Assembly: GCA_000004985.1 (NCBI GenBank)
Contig: GG738916.1
Origin: Naegleria gruberi
Lineage: Eukaryota
DNA: 64,000 bases
Reading direction: 5' to 3' (one strand)
Shown: positions 9,806 to 20,526 of the stretch, piece after piece
Numbering within the stretch: the first letter of the stretch is position 1
Layout: each line of letters begins with the position of its first letter
Made by a program: the position numbers and the translations under genes
Notes under the pieces: generated by a model
What the model was told of the DNA's origin: nothing
Seen by the model: only the letters and a program-made list of their open reading frames with translations
Database searches by the model: none

Positions 9806-10436
9806 TTAAGCAGATCTTGGCTTGGAGATGTAGTTCACACCAAATGAAGACAACAACAATGAAGCAACATAGTTGATACGGACATCAATTCTCTTCAAGG
9901 AATAGAAAGAGAAGAACAAAACCAAAGCGAAGAAGATAATGTTAGAAATGAACAAAGCGTGACCAGTAGCTCCTAATTCAGCCAACTTATCCTTCTTGGC
10001 ATAAGCTTCTTCCTTATCCTTCTTGTTGAATGAACCCTTAGCATTGGTAACAATCTTTTCATAGTTATCAGTCAAAATTGGCTTCTTACGCAAATAATTG
10101 AAAACATAAGCTTTAGAAAGGAAATAAGCAGAAACACAAGAGACGATGAGGAAGAGTAAAATAGTACCTCCAGTGAATTCCAAATTCAAAACTCCTTGGA
10201 AAAGATCTAATATTGTTCATCAATAATAAAATCAATCATCATCATATAATAAATTTGATCGAAATTTAAGTTCATAAATTTAAATACTAACATGATGGTA
10301 AAATAGTGGAAACTAATGCTACAAGATAGAAGAAGAGATTTTGATTAAAGTTGATAGTTCTGTCCTTTTTGGCTTCTCTTACGAGTTGGGTCAAAACTTT
10401 TTCGTCTTCCTTCTTAGCGGCGAGTCTGGTTGACAT
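9806..10436 (-). CDS. ssr3: Translocon-associated protein subunit gamma (TRAP-gamma/SSR3). It has two exons: exon 1 is 10436..10293, an 86-nt intron lies at 10292..10207 (donor GTTAGTATTT), exon 2 is 10206..9806. There is an apparent 1-nt frame slip in exon 1 near 10320.
   Basis: Exon 1 encodes MSTRLAAKKEDEKVLTQLVREAKKDRTINFNQNLFFYL...LVSTILPS. Exon 2 encodes ...LFQGVLNLEFTGGTILLFLIVSCVSAYFLSKAYVFNYLRKKP...EAYAKKDKLAELGATGHALFISNIIFFALVLFFSFYSLKRIDVRINYVASLLLSSFGVNYISK, which is colinear with human SSR3 (4 TM). The listed ORF start is a TTG; the real structure requires splicing. Confidence 0.6.
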
Positions 10437-10769
10437 TTTTTATGTGTGTTGTGTGGTTTTACTTGCTTGTTTGCTGAAGCTCATTTTTCACCACGTCAGC
10501 TGCAAAGCTTGAAAAAAATTCAAATGTTTACAAAAAATCATTAGAAAACACAGCACCAACAAACGATGACTCATCACCATTATCAACATTAACACAAAAA
10601 GAAAAACCCTAAAGAGACCTCTTATTATTCATGGAATAAAGATTACTTTGAGTGATTAGGAAATTTATTAAAAACAATATGTGGTGTGTGGGATAACAAT
10701 TTTGTCAACAAGAATTTATTGTCGGAAGTTGTGCTGATTATATCTGTTCAACATTGAGCTGCAATATTA

Positions 10770-11153
10770 ATGAGATGATGAAGATTGATTGTTTGATCGA
10801 GATGGAAGCTTGGATCTTCTCTCAACAAGTTGCACTTCTTTATCAACCTGTTTAGAACAAAAATCCATACCAAAGAGAAGAATCGAGGAAGATTGATGAA
10901 GTCTTTTGAATAATTGGAATATATTCTTTTAATAGTAGCACTTACTGCTTTTCCTTCTCAATAATGATATTCATATTATCACCTTGAATAAGGATGAGTA
11001 TTGGAAACATGAGATAATGCTGATTTACTTACTACACTCTTTCAAGCCTTTCAAAATTTCCTCAAGATTAGTCAAGGCTGATGATTTTTCTGCACTCAAA
11101 CCCTTTCTGTTTTGGTTTGATAGAGAAGATTCTCCTGGGGTTTGTTTAGGCAT
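10770..11153 (-). CDS. Possible small multi-exon gene of unknown function (MPKQTPGESSLSNQNRKGLSAEKSSALTNLEEILKGLKEC..., GT..AG introns). Very tentative.
   Basis: An ATG at 11153 (minus) opens a 40-codon exon that ends at a GTAAGT donor. Downstream short exons follow with AG acceptors. There is no recognisable domain. Confidence 0.2.
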
Positions 11154-11477
11154 GTTTTTTTAGAATGTTTAATTGATTTTGTCGTCCTTAATCATAACAC
11201 TATTGTACAATTGACATGGTGCTCAACATTGGATGAAGGAATAAATTTGACATTTAACAGAAGAAATTCCTCTGCTATCGAATTTTCACAATACATTACT
11301 ACAACATTGTTTCATCATTACGAAACTATTATTAAAGTTATTTGTTGCTCATCATACAATTCATAGATAATTCTTCTTGCTAGTTTTCTTCTCCATTCAA
11401 CTCATCAAAGGCCGGTAAGCAGCCGGAAAGAAAAACCACAATACAAAAAAAATACATTAACACCCTCACCCTTCACC

Positions 11478-13155
11478 ATGTCTGTTGTATTTGACGAATT
11501 TGGAAGACCATTCATCATCCTCAGGGAACAAGATAAGAAACAAAGATTGAAGGGATTGGAAGCCATCAAGGTTTGTACTGATAATTATCATGAATCACCA
11601 ATATAAAAATTGTACCGAATATTTTTGACTTCTATACAACAATAACAACAATATCAATCATAATAATAATTTAATAATATCTAATACAACAACAACAACA
11701 ACAACAATTAAATAGGCTAACATCCAAGCTGCTATTAAAGTTGTGAATACATTAAAGACCTCTCTTGGTCCAAGAGGGATGGATAAGATGATGGTCAGTC
11801 CCGATGGAGATGTTACAGTGACTAACGATGGTGCTACAATCCTTGAAAAAATGCAAGTCAACCATCAAGTTGCTAAGCTTTTAGTAGAACTTTCTCAATC
11901 ACAAGACGACGAAATTGGTGATGGTACCACTGGTGTTGTTGTTTTGGCTGGAGCTTTGCTCGAAAAATCATTGGAATTACTTGATCGTGGTATTCACCCA
12001 ACCAAGATTTCTGAAGGATATGAAAAGGCTTGCGAATTTGCCTGTGATGAATTGGAAAAAATCAGTGATAGACTTGAATTCTCAAAGGATAATATTGAAC
12101 CACTTTTCAAGACTGCTTCCACAACACTTAACTCTAAGATTATTAACAAGTTTAGAGAAAAGTTCGCCAAGATGTGTGTTGATGCTGTTCTTGATGTTGC
12201 CGATATTGACAGAAAGGATGTTAACTTGGATTTGATTAAAGTTGAAGGAAAGACTGGTGGTAGACTCGAAGATTCATGCCTTGTTGATGGTATTGTTGTT
12301 GACAAAGAAATGAGTCACCCACAAATGGTTAAATCAATTGAAAATGCCAAGATTGCTATTTTGACTTGCCCATTCGAACCTCCAAAGACCAAGAATAAGG
12401 GTAACGTTGAAATTGACACTGTTGAAAAGTATAATTCATTGTATGAACTCGAACAAAACTACTTTGTTGAACAAGTTAAGAGATGTAAAGACTCTGGAGC
12501 CAACCTCATTATTTGTCAATGGGGCTTTGATGATGAAGCTAACCACTTGCTTCTCCAAAATGAACTTCCATCCGTTCGTTGGGTTGGTGGTGTTGAAATT
12601 GAATTGATTGCTATTGCCACTGGAGGCCGTATCATTCCAAGATTTGAAGAATTGTCAGCTGACAAGTTGGGTTCTGCTGGAAGAGTCCGTGAAGTCACTT
12701 TCGGTACAACATCTGATAAGATGATTTTCATTGAAAACTGTGCTAACACTAAGGCTGTCACTATCTTTGTCAGAGGTGGTAACAAGATGATCATTGAAGA
12801 AGCCAAGAGATCTATCCATGATGCTCTCTGCGTTGTAAGAAACCTTGTCAGAGACAATAGAATTGTTTATGGTGGTGGTTCTGCTGAAATTGCTTGTTCA
12901 TTGAGATTATCTAACGAAGCTGATAAGGTTACAGATGTTGACCAATATGCTATTAGATCTTTTGCAGATGCTTTGGAATTCGTTCCGCTTGCTCTTGCTC
13001 AAAACTCTGGTTACAATCCAATCGAATTTGTTTCAAATGTCAAGGGCGAACAATGTATGAATAAGGGAACTAAGGACATGAAGGACCAAGGAGTCTTTGA
13101 AACACTTGTCGGTAAGCAACAACAAATGAGGCTGGCCAGTCAAGTTGTCAGATGA
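11478..13155 (+). CDS. cct5: T-complex protein 1 subunit epsilon (CCT5). Exon 1 is 11478..11570, a 145-nt intron lies at 11571..11715, exon 2 is 11716..13155. The C-terminus appears truncated by a 1-nt frame slip at about 13150; the next frame continues with MILKID, as in CCT5 orthologues.
   Basis: [31 protein letters not shown] joins across the intron to [43 protein letters not shown]...[12 protein letters not shown]...[27 protein letters not shown]...GGGSAEI. This is colinear with human CCT5 along the whole length. Confidence 0.9.
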
Positions 13156-13635
13156 TCTTGAAGATAGACGGTAATTATTTTTTTTTTATATTATTTTCTT
13201 ACATTATTTTAACAAACTTCTATTGTTTAATTATTCGGATATTATTAAATCGTTACTCAAAAATTTTCACAGATGGTAAGTATTTTAAAAATCATTTACA
13301 AATTTACCTTTATTATAGTGATAATGAACAACTCAAGCCAATTCTAAATCAACTTTTTTACATTTTACAACCAAATAAATTATTTAATTTTATAAAATTT
13401 TGCAAAGTGGTGCTCTTTGGATAACTTGAGTGATTTATCCGTTTACAAAAGTAATAAGAAAATTCACATTCTGTTTGTTAATGAATTTGCCATTACAATA
13501 ATTTCTTATTGGAATGTGTTGTGACAATTGCTTAGGCTTCTACATGCACTATCGAATGTTTGCTTTCACGGTTCAGTTCGGTTTTCAACCATACCCTACA
13601 ATGTATAATTCATCGTTCGAGTAACATGAAATAAT

Positions 13636-14400
13636 TTATTCATCTTTGGTTTTTTTGTAAAGTCTATATCTTCTTTTCTTAAAACACAAACAACAAAAGC
13701 TACTAGGAATGCAACAACCAGCACATATAATAACTTTGCATCCTGTACAAAGTGATAAATATTTTGCAAATTTGGGAATTGAGACAAACTTATATTGGAG
13801 TAATATAGAAAGAGACCAAGTTGTAAAATTGAGAATACATAAAACCAATAAACCCCAACTGAGTCCTGTAATTCTTTCAAAGTCTTTAGATTTGCAATTA
13901 TTATAAGCTCCATTTACTAGAACAAATAATACAATTGAACTAATAGACCACACAATACCAAATATTAAACAAATAATTAGCAAAGCAGATCCTGCCTTTG
14001 AATTTCGATATTCCCTTTCTTGTAAATCTATTGAAAAATATGAATACCAAATAAAAGTTGCCGGAACAGCTAAGAGTATGAAAAAACACCTCATATAGTC
14101 AAAGAACATTGTTTGGAAAGCAATACTTGTATAGTCTCTAGAGTCAACTATTATGGATCCAGGAGATGTACTGTTGGTATTTGTTATATTGGCCATTGTT
14201 GTTGTGTTTGTTTCTGTAGTAGATGATAAAGAACAACCATAACCAGGTACATTATTCACAATGATATATGGGTCTGTTTGTAATCTTGAAGCATTACTCC
14301 AAAAAGCTGCATGGCCAATACATGAAATAAATATCATGAGAAAGTTAAATAGGGTTAGGTACTTTCTGATGCGTTCGTTATCTTCTAGTTTGTCTGTCAT
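13636..14400 (-). CDS. Tetraspan (4-TM) membrane protein with a poly-Cys C-terminal tail, member of a six-gene local family (family T).
   Basis: There are four hydrophobic helices with a large first extracellular loop (WSNASRLQTDPYIIVNN..., N-glycosylation sequons). The C-terminal tail is CTGCKVIICAGCCIPSSFCCLCFKKRRY. It is paralogous to 43218..44306 (WINASRLYTEPNII...). Confidence 0.55.
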   Translation of the reverse strand: MTDKLEDNERIRKYLTLFNFLMIFISCIGHAAFWSNASRLQTDPYIIVNNVPGYGCSLSSTTETNTTTMANITNTNSTSPGSIIVDSRDYTSIAFQTMFFDYMRCFFILLAVPATFIWYSYFSIDLQEREYRNSKAGSALLIICLIFGIVWSISSIVLFVLVNGAYNNCKSKDFERITGLSWGLLVLCILNFTTWSLSILLQYKFVSIPKFAKYLSLCTGCKVIICAGCCIPSSFCCLCFKKRRYRLYKKTKDE

Positions 14401-14531
14401 GGTTGTATCGGTATTTTTTTTAGGGTGTGAAAGTTAAGTTGACAATTATGCATAATTAAATTAATTAAATGGTTATTCGAATATTTTATTCGAAAGCTTG
14501 ATAATTATTAGCGAAGAATCATCACACAAGC

Positions 14532-15983
14532 TTATTGATTCAAAACATTTGTTCGTATTGTTCTGGGGTTTGAAGCATTTGGACGTTTTCTCACCACATT
14601 GTGCGTTTGTTGAAGGTAATATGGATCGTTTTGCAAATAAAGAGGGTTTCTATCAATTTTGTGAATTTGGTTAAACGTTCTCACAAATTCTGAAACGTTT
14701 CTATCTTTGGATTCATCCTCATCCCAAAAGACCTTGTCAATTATTGTTGAGATTGCATCACGAATGAGCTTACCATATCGTTTGTGGAACGTCATGCTAT
14801 AGTAACAAATATAAGACAATACCCAAATAAAAACCTGAGCCAACGCCAAAACAAAGACTGTTAACACAACATTAAGTTTGTCTTGTGCATTGGAGGAACA
14901 ATCAGTGTAGACTGCAATGTGCCAAGAAAATTGAATGACCACAGAAGCTACAGCAACAATACATGAAATTCCAAATGAAAGAATTAAGAGAGAGAAACTG
15001 AACATGTCCATAAAATAGTCATATGCTTGATCTCTAACTTGGGAATTAAAATCACCAAACCAAGTAATTGCAAGAGGAACAGCAATAGCAACAATATAAT
15101 TTCTAACAAATTCTGTCAAACCAACCAAAACACTGCTATTATACTGTTCAAATCTTTGGCAACTATCACTAGGAGGATTTGCAACATAGCCATTATTAAT
15201 GATCATCAAATTAGAATCAGTCAATAAACGATTCAACATGGTAAAGAAAATAGCATATGAGACACATGTTGTCATCAAAAACAGGACTGAAAAGCAGCTT
15301 ATCATACTTCTAACTGCTTCATTGGTGGTTTTTTGGTAGCTGTAGAATTCACTATCCAAAAATAAGTCTTTGAGTGATTCTAATGTTTCGTGGTCAATTT
15401 CTTTTGTATTGTTTCTACTCTTTGAAAGTTTAGAAGAACGTAGGATTTTGATTTGTTCATACGCATCTTTAAATTCTTTAGGTGGAAGAGTATCCTTTAC
15501 AAATCTATCAAACTTTTCAATAATTATTCCATAGTCATCGTGCACAATATTTTTGCGTGTCATGGTTGACATTAGTCGAGTGTAAGATATCAACTTTTGA
15601 GCAAGAGACATATTTGGACCAATGTTATTACTACCACCATGTGAAATCAAGGTATTTCCAATATTTAATGTTTGCATAGGTCCATTGGTACCAATAACTA
15701 TAGATGTAACAGGTTGACCACCTGTTGATGAACTTGGTATTACACCATCAGATAAACTATTAATTGTGGAAATTGAGTTGTTAGTTCTTGTCAATACTAT
15801 CTCATCTGTTATGGGTTCAATTTGAGTCAAGACATTTTGTGTTGCTTGCAAATGATTATTTGGTACAACAATAAGAGTTTGTGGTGGTAATGATGATGAG
15901 CGTTGTGGTACTTCCTCCTCGATAATAGTAAGCTCCTCCTCCTCCTCACTCACCAAATTGTTTCTGTTGTTGGATGCTGACAT
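14532..15983 (-). CDS. Family-T tetraspan membrane protein with an about 230-aa N-terminal cytoplasmic extension.
   Basis: It shares FRNYIVAIAVPLAITWF and IWVLSYICYY blocks with 40330..41220 (FRNYLTVIAIPAGISFF, ILWLICYICF). The C-terminal half has four TM segments. Confidence 0.55.
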   Translation of the reverse strand: MSASNNRNNLVSEEEEELTIIEEEVPQRSSSLPPQTLIVVPNNHLQATQNVLTQIEPITDEIVLTRTNNSISTINSLSDGVIPSSSTGGQPVTSIVIGTNGPMQTLNIGNTLISHGGSNNIGPNMSLAQKLISYTRLMSTMTRKNIVHDDYGIIIEKFDRFVKDTLPPKEFKDAYEQIKILRSSKLSKSRNNTKEIDHETLESLKDLFLDSEFYSYQKTTNEAVRSMISCFSVLFLMTTCVSYAIFFTMLNRLLTDSNLMIINNGYVANPPSDSCQRFEQYNSSVLVGLTEFVRNYIVAIAVPLAITWFGDFNSQVRDQAYDYFMDMFSFSLLILSFGISCIVAVASVVIQFSWHIAVYTDCSSNAQDKLNVVLTVFVLALAQVFIWVLSYICYYSMTFHKRYGKLIRDAISTIIDKVFWDEDESKDRNVSEFVRTFNQIHKIDRNPLYLQNDPYYLQQTHNVVRKRPNASNPRTIRTNVLNQ

Positions 15984-16089
15984 TATTTTTTAAAAATGTG
16001 GAAAATTTTAAAAAAACTTTTAAAAAAATCACCTTATAACCATGAATACCAAAAGTGATTTTAAATCCAAAACAGAAAAAATAGCCTAA

Positions 16090-17646
16090 ATGCGCCTGTT
16101 ACCTTTTCTAAAGTTGAATAACAAACCAAGAAGAGAATCAGCACGGCAATTATTGCTCTCTGATGATATTATTTACATTATTCTTCCATGCTTGCATCAA
16201 AATGAAATTATTAAATTTGCTGGTGTTTGTTCATCGTGGAGAAGAATTGTTATTGATGCTTCCGAAGGTAGTTTCTCTAATGTATTATATCATAGGAGTG
16301 AATTTAAGAAAATACCAATGAAAATGGAGAACAAGAGTGAAAACCAACAAGTTTTATTAATGTTTTCAAAATTTGATTTCTCTGATTGCAATTTAACTTT
16401 ATCACAATTCAAAAGAATATTCATGTCAACTAAATTGACATCATTGACACTATGCCGTACAAATATTATGATTTTCCCTTCTGAATCACTCACATTTCTA
16501 ACCATTAATCAAATTAATCTTTCTCTAAACAATATTGAACAATTAATATTTCAATTTAAAAATTTGAAAAATTTAATTTTATTACATACTAATGTTGATT
16601 GTGAGTGCATTGATCTTATTATTAATAATAATCAATTAGAGAGTCTTATTATTGAGCAGAAAATAATATCTGAGAGAGGATTCTCTGCCGTGTTCAATCC
16701 TCATTTCAATTCATCACTCAATACCCTTCATGTTAAGAGTTTGAACACAGAGGAATTTCTTAGTTTTAATATTGATACACTTAAATTTCCTCATTTGAGA
16801 ACATTGGAAATTATTGGATTATTTGATAGATTAGTGCTTGAGAAAATATTTAATTATGGTCTTGAATTAACGTATTTAGCAATATTGACAACGAGCATTA
16901 TGAGCTACGATGTTGATTTTTCATATGTACATCAAATACCCTCTCTCAAATCATTTTCCTATAATGGACCTCTTAATAATGTAGATGTTCAACAATTTCT
17001 TAATAAGGATATGGAACATATTCTGTTTTCAGATCTTGACACAGTATCATCATTGAATTTATCTAGAATACTTTGTGACAAATATACTAGTTTAATTTCA
17101 TTAGAGCTTTCAAATTGTGAATTACCTACAAATTGTGGACAATACATTTACAATTTAAAACACTTGACAAAACTAGATATGGGATATAGTAAAATACAAT
17201 CAACAATTTGTGGATATATTTTCAAGATGAAAACTCTGGTTCATCTCAATCTAAAATGTTGTAAATTAAGAGATGACGGATTGAAGTATTTAGAACATCA
17301 CAACTTGGATAATATACAGACATTAATTCTAGAAGAAAACGAATTTACATATATTGGCTTTGAATACTTAATTCGTGCCAAATTTCACCGTCCATTGAAA
17401 TATCTTTCCATTTTTGACCATATTAATAATAAGGGAACAATACATTTTGACACTGACCACACTCTTAATGTTAAAACACTCTTTATTTGTGATAGGTATA
17501 TAGATTATAGGGGAGTAATTTCTATTCTACAAAATTGTATAATAGAAGAATTAATTATCAAGAAACCACAATTACTCTATCTTGGATCACACTCCATTAA
17601 ACAACTTTCAAAGAAGAATCACGTGAAGGTAGTAATGTTTATATAA
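16090..17646 (+). CDS. F-box-like/LRR protein, a divergent paralogue of the triplicated gene.
   Basis: An N-terminal F-box-like motif (LLLSDDIIYIILPCLHQNEIIKFAGVCSSWRRIV) is followed by LRR-like repeats. Confidence 0.55.
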   Translation: MRLLPFLKLNNKPRRESARQLLLSDDIIYIILPCLHQNEIIKFAGVCSSWRRIVIDASEGSFSNVLYHRSEFKKIPMKMENKSENQQVLLMFSKFDFSDCNLTLSQFKRIFMSTKLTSLTLCRTNIMIFPSESLTFLTINQINLSLNNIEQLIFQFKNLKNLILLHTNVDCECIDLIINNNQLESLIIEQKIISERGFSAVFNPHFNSSLNTLHVKSLNTEEFLSFNIDTLKFPHLRTLEIIGLFDRLVLEKIFNYGLELTYLAILTTSIMSYDVDFSYVHQIPSLKSFSYNGPLNNVDVQQFLNKDMEHILFSDLDTVSSLNLSRILCDKYTSLISLELSNCELPTNCGQYIYNLKHLTKLDMGYSKIQSTICGYIFKMKTLVHLNLKCCKLRDDGLKYLEHHNLDNIQTLILEENEFTYIGFEYLIRAKFHRPLKYLSIFDHINNKGTIHFDTDHTLNVKTLFICDRYIDYRGVISILQNCIIEELIIKKPQLLYLGSHSIKQLSKKNHVKVVMFI

Positions 17647-17701
17647 AGATTCATTTCATTCATTTATTTGATTATCCAGAGTTGTGGTTTTTATCTTGAT
17701 T

Positions 17702-19195
17702 TCAATAAGTTCTGTTTAAATCATTTTCTAGTTCCAACCAATGCCAACTTTTCCATTTCTCAATTGCTTGTTTTTGAGGTTCATTTTTAAGCTTGGTGAT
17801 GGCAACATCCAGCTCATGCTGTCTATTTCCAATTTCTCTGTGTTGAAGTTCAATTTCTTCAGTGGAGTTAGATGCTTGAATAACAGGCTCTGTAAATAAC
17901 ACACTATAGTTCACATTTTGAATGCTGTGTGTTTTGGTATTGTGATAGCTGTAGTATTTTCTTTTCTTTTGGTTTTTTGCCTTCCTAAATTGTCTATTCA
18001 TTAAAATTCTAAAACAACCGAATGCAGGTATAAACAGCATAAACAAAATACTACCAACAACTTGAGTCCAAAATGCACCAAGCATGAGCTTTAGGTATTC
18101 ATTTGGAGCTATTAAATTAATGGCTGTATTAAAACTGATACCAATGGCAATGTTTAAGATAATGGTAATAAAAGTAATGAATTTAAATGTAACCTCGAGA
18201 ACATTTGTAACGGTATCACTATTAATCAATATACTCTTATTGTTGATTGAATTTAACATGGCATCCATAATTGTCAAAAAGGCTGCATATGAACCTGTTT
18301 TGAAAAAGCTTGAATTTAAAATATCGACTATAGAAGCCAATATTTTGCTATCTCTGAAGTTTTGATTATGATCAGTATACTGAGTAGTATCATTTCTGCT
18401 GAAGTAGCTTGGATAGATACCTATAGGGCCTTGTTTGTCAATTCCTAACCCTGACAAAGTGTCGAAGGGAATGAGATCACTAAGAGTGGTCATTACAATT
18501 AACAAACTGATAGCAGCACCGAACGCAAGATTGTACCATGAAACAAGTGAGGTTTCTCTTTTTTGAACAAAGTCCTTCTTGTTTGTTTTGATATCTTTCT
18601 CAAGAGTTTCGTATTTCTTTTCAACTTCTCTTATAGCTGTAAGAAATTTTCTTTTCCCCTCCCAACCATTTTTAGCATCTTGGTTAGCAAACAGATTTAC
18701 TAAAGCTTCAACATCTTCTACCAAAACATTTCCATCAACAAGGATAACACTATTATAAATATTTTTGTAAAGGCTATTCAACTTTGTAATATCTACACCG
18801 TGCCAAAACGATGTCCAAGTAGTTGCACCATTCTCCCCAAAATAAAAATCGTAAAAAGCTATTTCAGTGTTGACTGGTGAATCTGGTATTTTGCTAATTA
18901 CACCCTTCAAACCATAGTAGCTAGTGGCAATCAACTCAATTCTCTCTCCAACATAGTCTGTAGTGTCAATTCCTTCTAAATCACCCAAAGTGTTGTACTT
19001 TCGTATTTTCTCAACATTTGCTTGTACAAAATTATGACAGTTGTGGAAGGATGTAGAGGCAAATTTGATAAGTTTTCCCACCTTTTTCCATTTTTTGTAA
19101 CGCCAAGCATAGTCGCTGGTGTCTCCTGTGCGTGCCACAATACCACAACAACCTTTGTTGGTTTTCTTGCCTTTTGCTTTGTTCTGAGATGACAT
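17702..19195 (-). CDS. Family-T tetraspan membrane protein with an about 220-aa N-terminal domain. It is transcribed divergently from its paralogue at 19362..20504.
   Basis: ...KRETSLVSWYNLAFGAAISLLIV (TM1) is followed by a loop and three further TMs. The architecture is conserved with 19362..20504 (...PREASLIALFNISFGIWMGLFLL). Confidence 0.5.
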   Translation of the reverse strand: MSSQNKAKGKKTNKGCCGIVARTGDTSDYAWRYKKWKKVGKLIKFASTSFHNCHNFVQANVEKIRKYNTLGDLEGIDTTDYVGERIELIATSYYGLKGVISKIPDSPVNTEIAFYDFYFGENGATTWTSFWHGVDITKLNSLYKNIYNSVILVDGNVLVEDVEALVNLFANQDAKNGWEGKRKFLTAIREVEKKYETLEKDIKTNKKDFVQKRETSLVSWYNLAFGAAISLLIVMTTLSDLIPFDTLSGLGIDKQGPIGIYPSYFSRNDTTQYTDHNQNFRDSKILASIVDILNSSFFKTGSYAAFLTIMDAMLNSINNKSILINSDTVTNVLEVTFKFITFITIILNIAIGISFNTAINLIAPNEYLKLMLGAFWTQVVGSILFMLFIPAFGCFRILMNRQFRKAKNQKKRKYYSYHNTKTHSIQNVNYSVLFTEPVIQASNSTEEIELQHREIGNRQHELDVAITKLKNEPQKQAIEKWKSWHWLELENDLNRTY

Positions 19196-19361
19196 TCTCA
19201 GTCCTGTAACCTTGTGTTATTTTTTCTCGGCTATTAAAAGTATATTAACTTTTAAACAGAAAATAATACGGTGCGATTGAGCTCTTGAATGGTTTTGTCT
19301 GGTTGACCGTGAAACCTAATTCAATTTTTGGATAAAAAAAATATTAAAGAGCACTTTCAGC

Positions 19362-20504
19362 ATGGTTAACATTCGTGATTTTGATAAACAGCCTGAAGCA
19401 CGAAGTAAAGCAGCACGAAATGAAGCAACCCTAAAAGAAGAAGAGGACAACACCACACTTTATCAATGGTTCCTAGATCTTGGTAGAGCAATCCAAAATG
19501 CAGGTACAGAAGATAGTCCCTTGTCTAAATTGATGTTAGTTTCCAAAGAACAATGGTTTTTGGATGCCAAAGAATTTGTTTTTAAGCCACCTAAAACACA
19601 ATACAAACATAGATATGTTCTTGTACTTATTTCCAATTTGAAGACTTTGATTGTTGGTACTGAAATTTTACTCAAGAAAAAAGACGACAATGTTGATAAA
19701 ATAGAGCAGCTAACCAGTATAAGAGCTTTGGAAGAAAAGTATTTGGGGTTTAAGAAATCGATCAAGACTCAACAAAACTCATTGCAAAAGCCAAGAGAAG
19801 CTTCATTGATAGCATTGTTCAACATATCATTTGGAATTTGGATGGGTTTGTTCCTTTTGTTGTTGTCCCTTGGTTCAAATGCTGGTTTTGCTTACAAAGT
19901 TGAGACAACTGCAAATGATTTGGCAAAAGCCATAAATTCTACATTCATATCAAAACCTATTAGCAACATGACACTTAATTCTTCAAGCAATATCACACCA
20001 AACAATATAACAAACCACAATGAAGAGATCATTGCAGACATTCGTTGGTACATGGCATCAAGAGGATTCACCAATTTATTCAGCCTTTTCAGTAGCAGTG
20101 TTGTTCGTATTACAACTTTTTCAATCCTGATTACCATTATTGACTTGCTTCTTGGACTTGAATTTAAGGATTACCTTACCTCTGCCTCCTTTAAAAAGAG
20201 AAGACAATATTTTTTCTATACTTTTTACTTTTGGATTAGTTCTGGATTTTTAGCTCACCTTTTTATTTTTGTACTCTTTGTAGCATTGTTTAATGGTGCA
20301 GTAATTGGTGATGGAACAATGTCCTTTCAAACTTTTGTGTCAGTGGTCAAGTCTGTGCAGATTGTTGGCCTAATTGGAATGTCTGTTGTATTGCTCTCTA
20401 CTGTATTCATCAAAATTTTCCTGGTTTGGCAAGTAAGGAAGAGTGAAGAAAGATTTGTTGGTTCTAAAAAATCTAAAGGTTGCTGCCGTTGCTTTTGTTG
20501 TTAA
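19362..20504 (+). CDS. Family-T tetraspan membrane protein that ends in a KSKGCCRCFCC poly-Cys tail.
   Basis: It is paralogous to 17702..19195. Four TM segments sit in the C-terminal half and the extreme C-terminus is Cys-rich. Confidence 0.5.
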   Translation: MVNIRDFDKQPEARSKAARNEATLKEEEDNTTLYQWFLDLGRAIQNAGTEDSPLSKLMLVSKEQWFLDAKEFVFKPPKTQYKHRYVLVLISNLKTLIVGTEILLKKKDDNVDKIEQLTSIRALEEKYLGFKKSIKTQQNSLQKPREASLIALFNISFGIWMGLFLLLLSLGSNAGFAYKVETTANDLAKAINSTFISKPISNMTLNSSSNITPNNITNHNEEIIADIRWYMASRGFTNLFSLFSSSVVRITTFSILITIIDLLLGLEFKDYLTSASFKKRRQYFFYTFYFWISSGFLAHLFIFVLFVALFNGAVIGDGTMSFQTFVSVVKSVQIVGLIGMSVVLLSTVFIKIFLVWQVRKSEERFVGSKKSKGCCRCFCC

Positions 20505-20526
20505 TAATATAAATTAGTTTGCTTTA

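Noticed and set aside
11142-11366. 74-aa ORF upstream of CCT5
   Set aside because: It lies antisense to the putative small multi-exon minus-strand gene and overlaps its introns. It has no support.
13152-13424. [27 protein letters not shown]...
   Set aside because: Only the first six codons (MILKID) are real; they are the frame-shifted C-terminus of CCT5. The remainder is AT-rich intron or 3'-UTR read-through.
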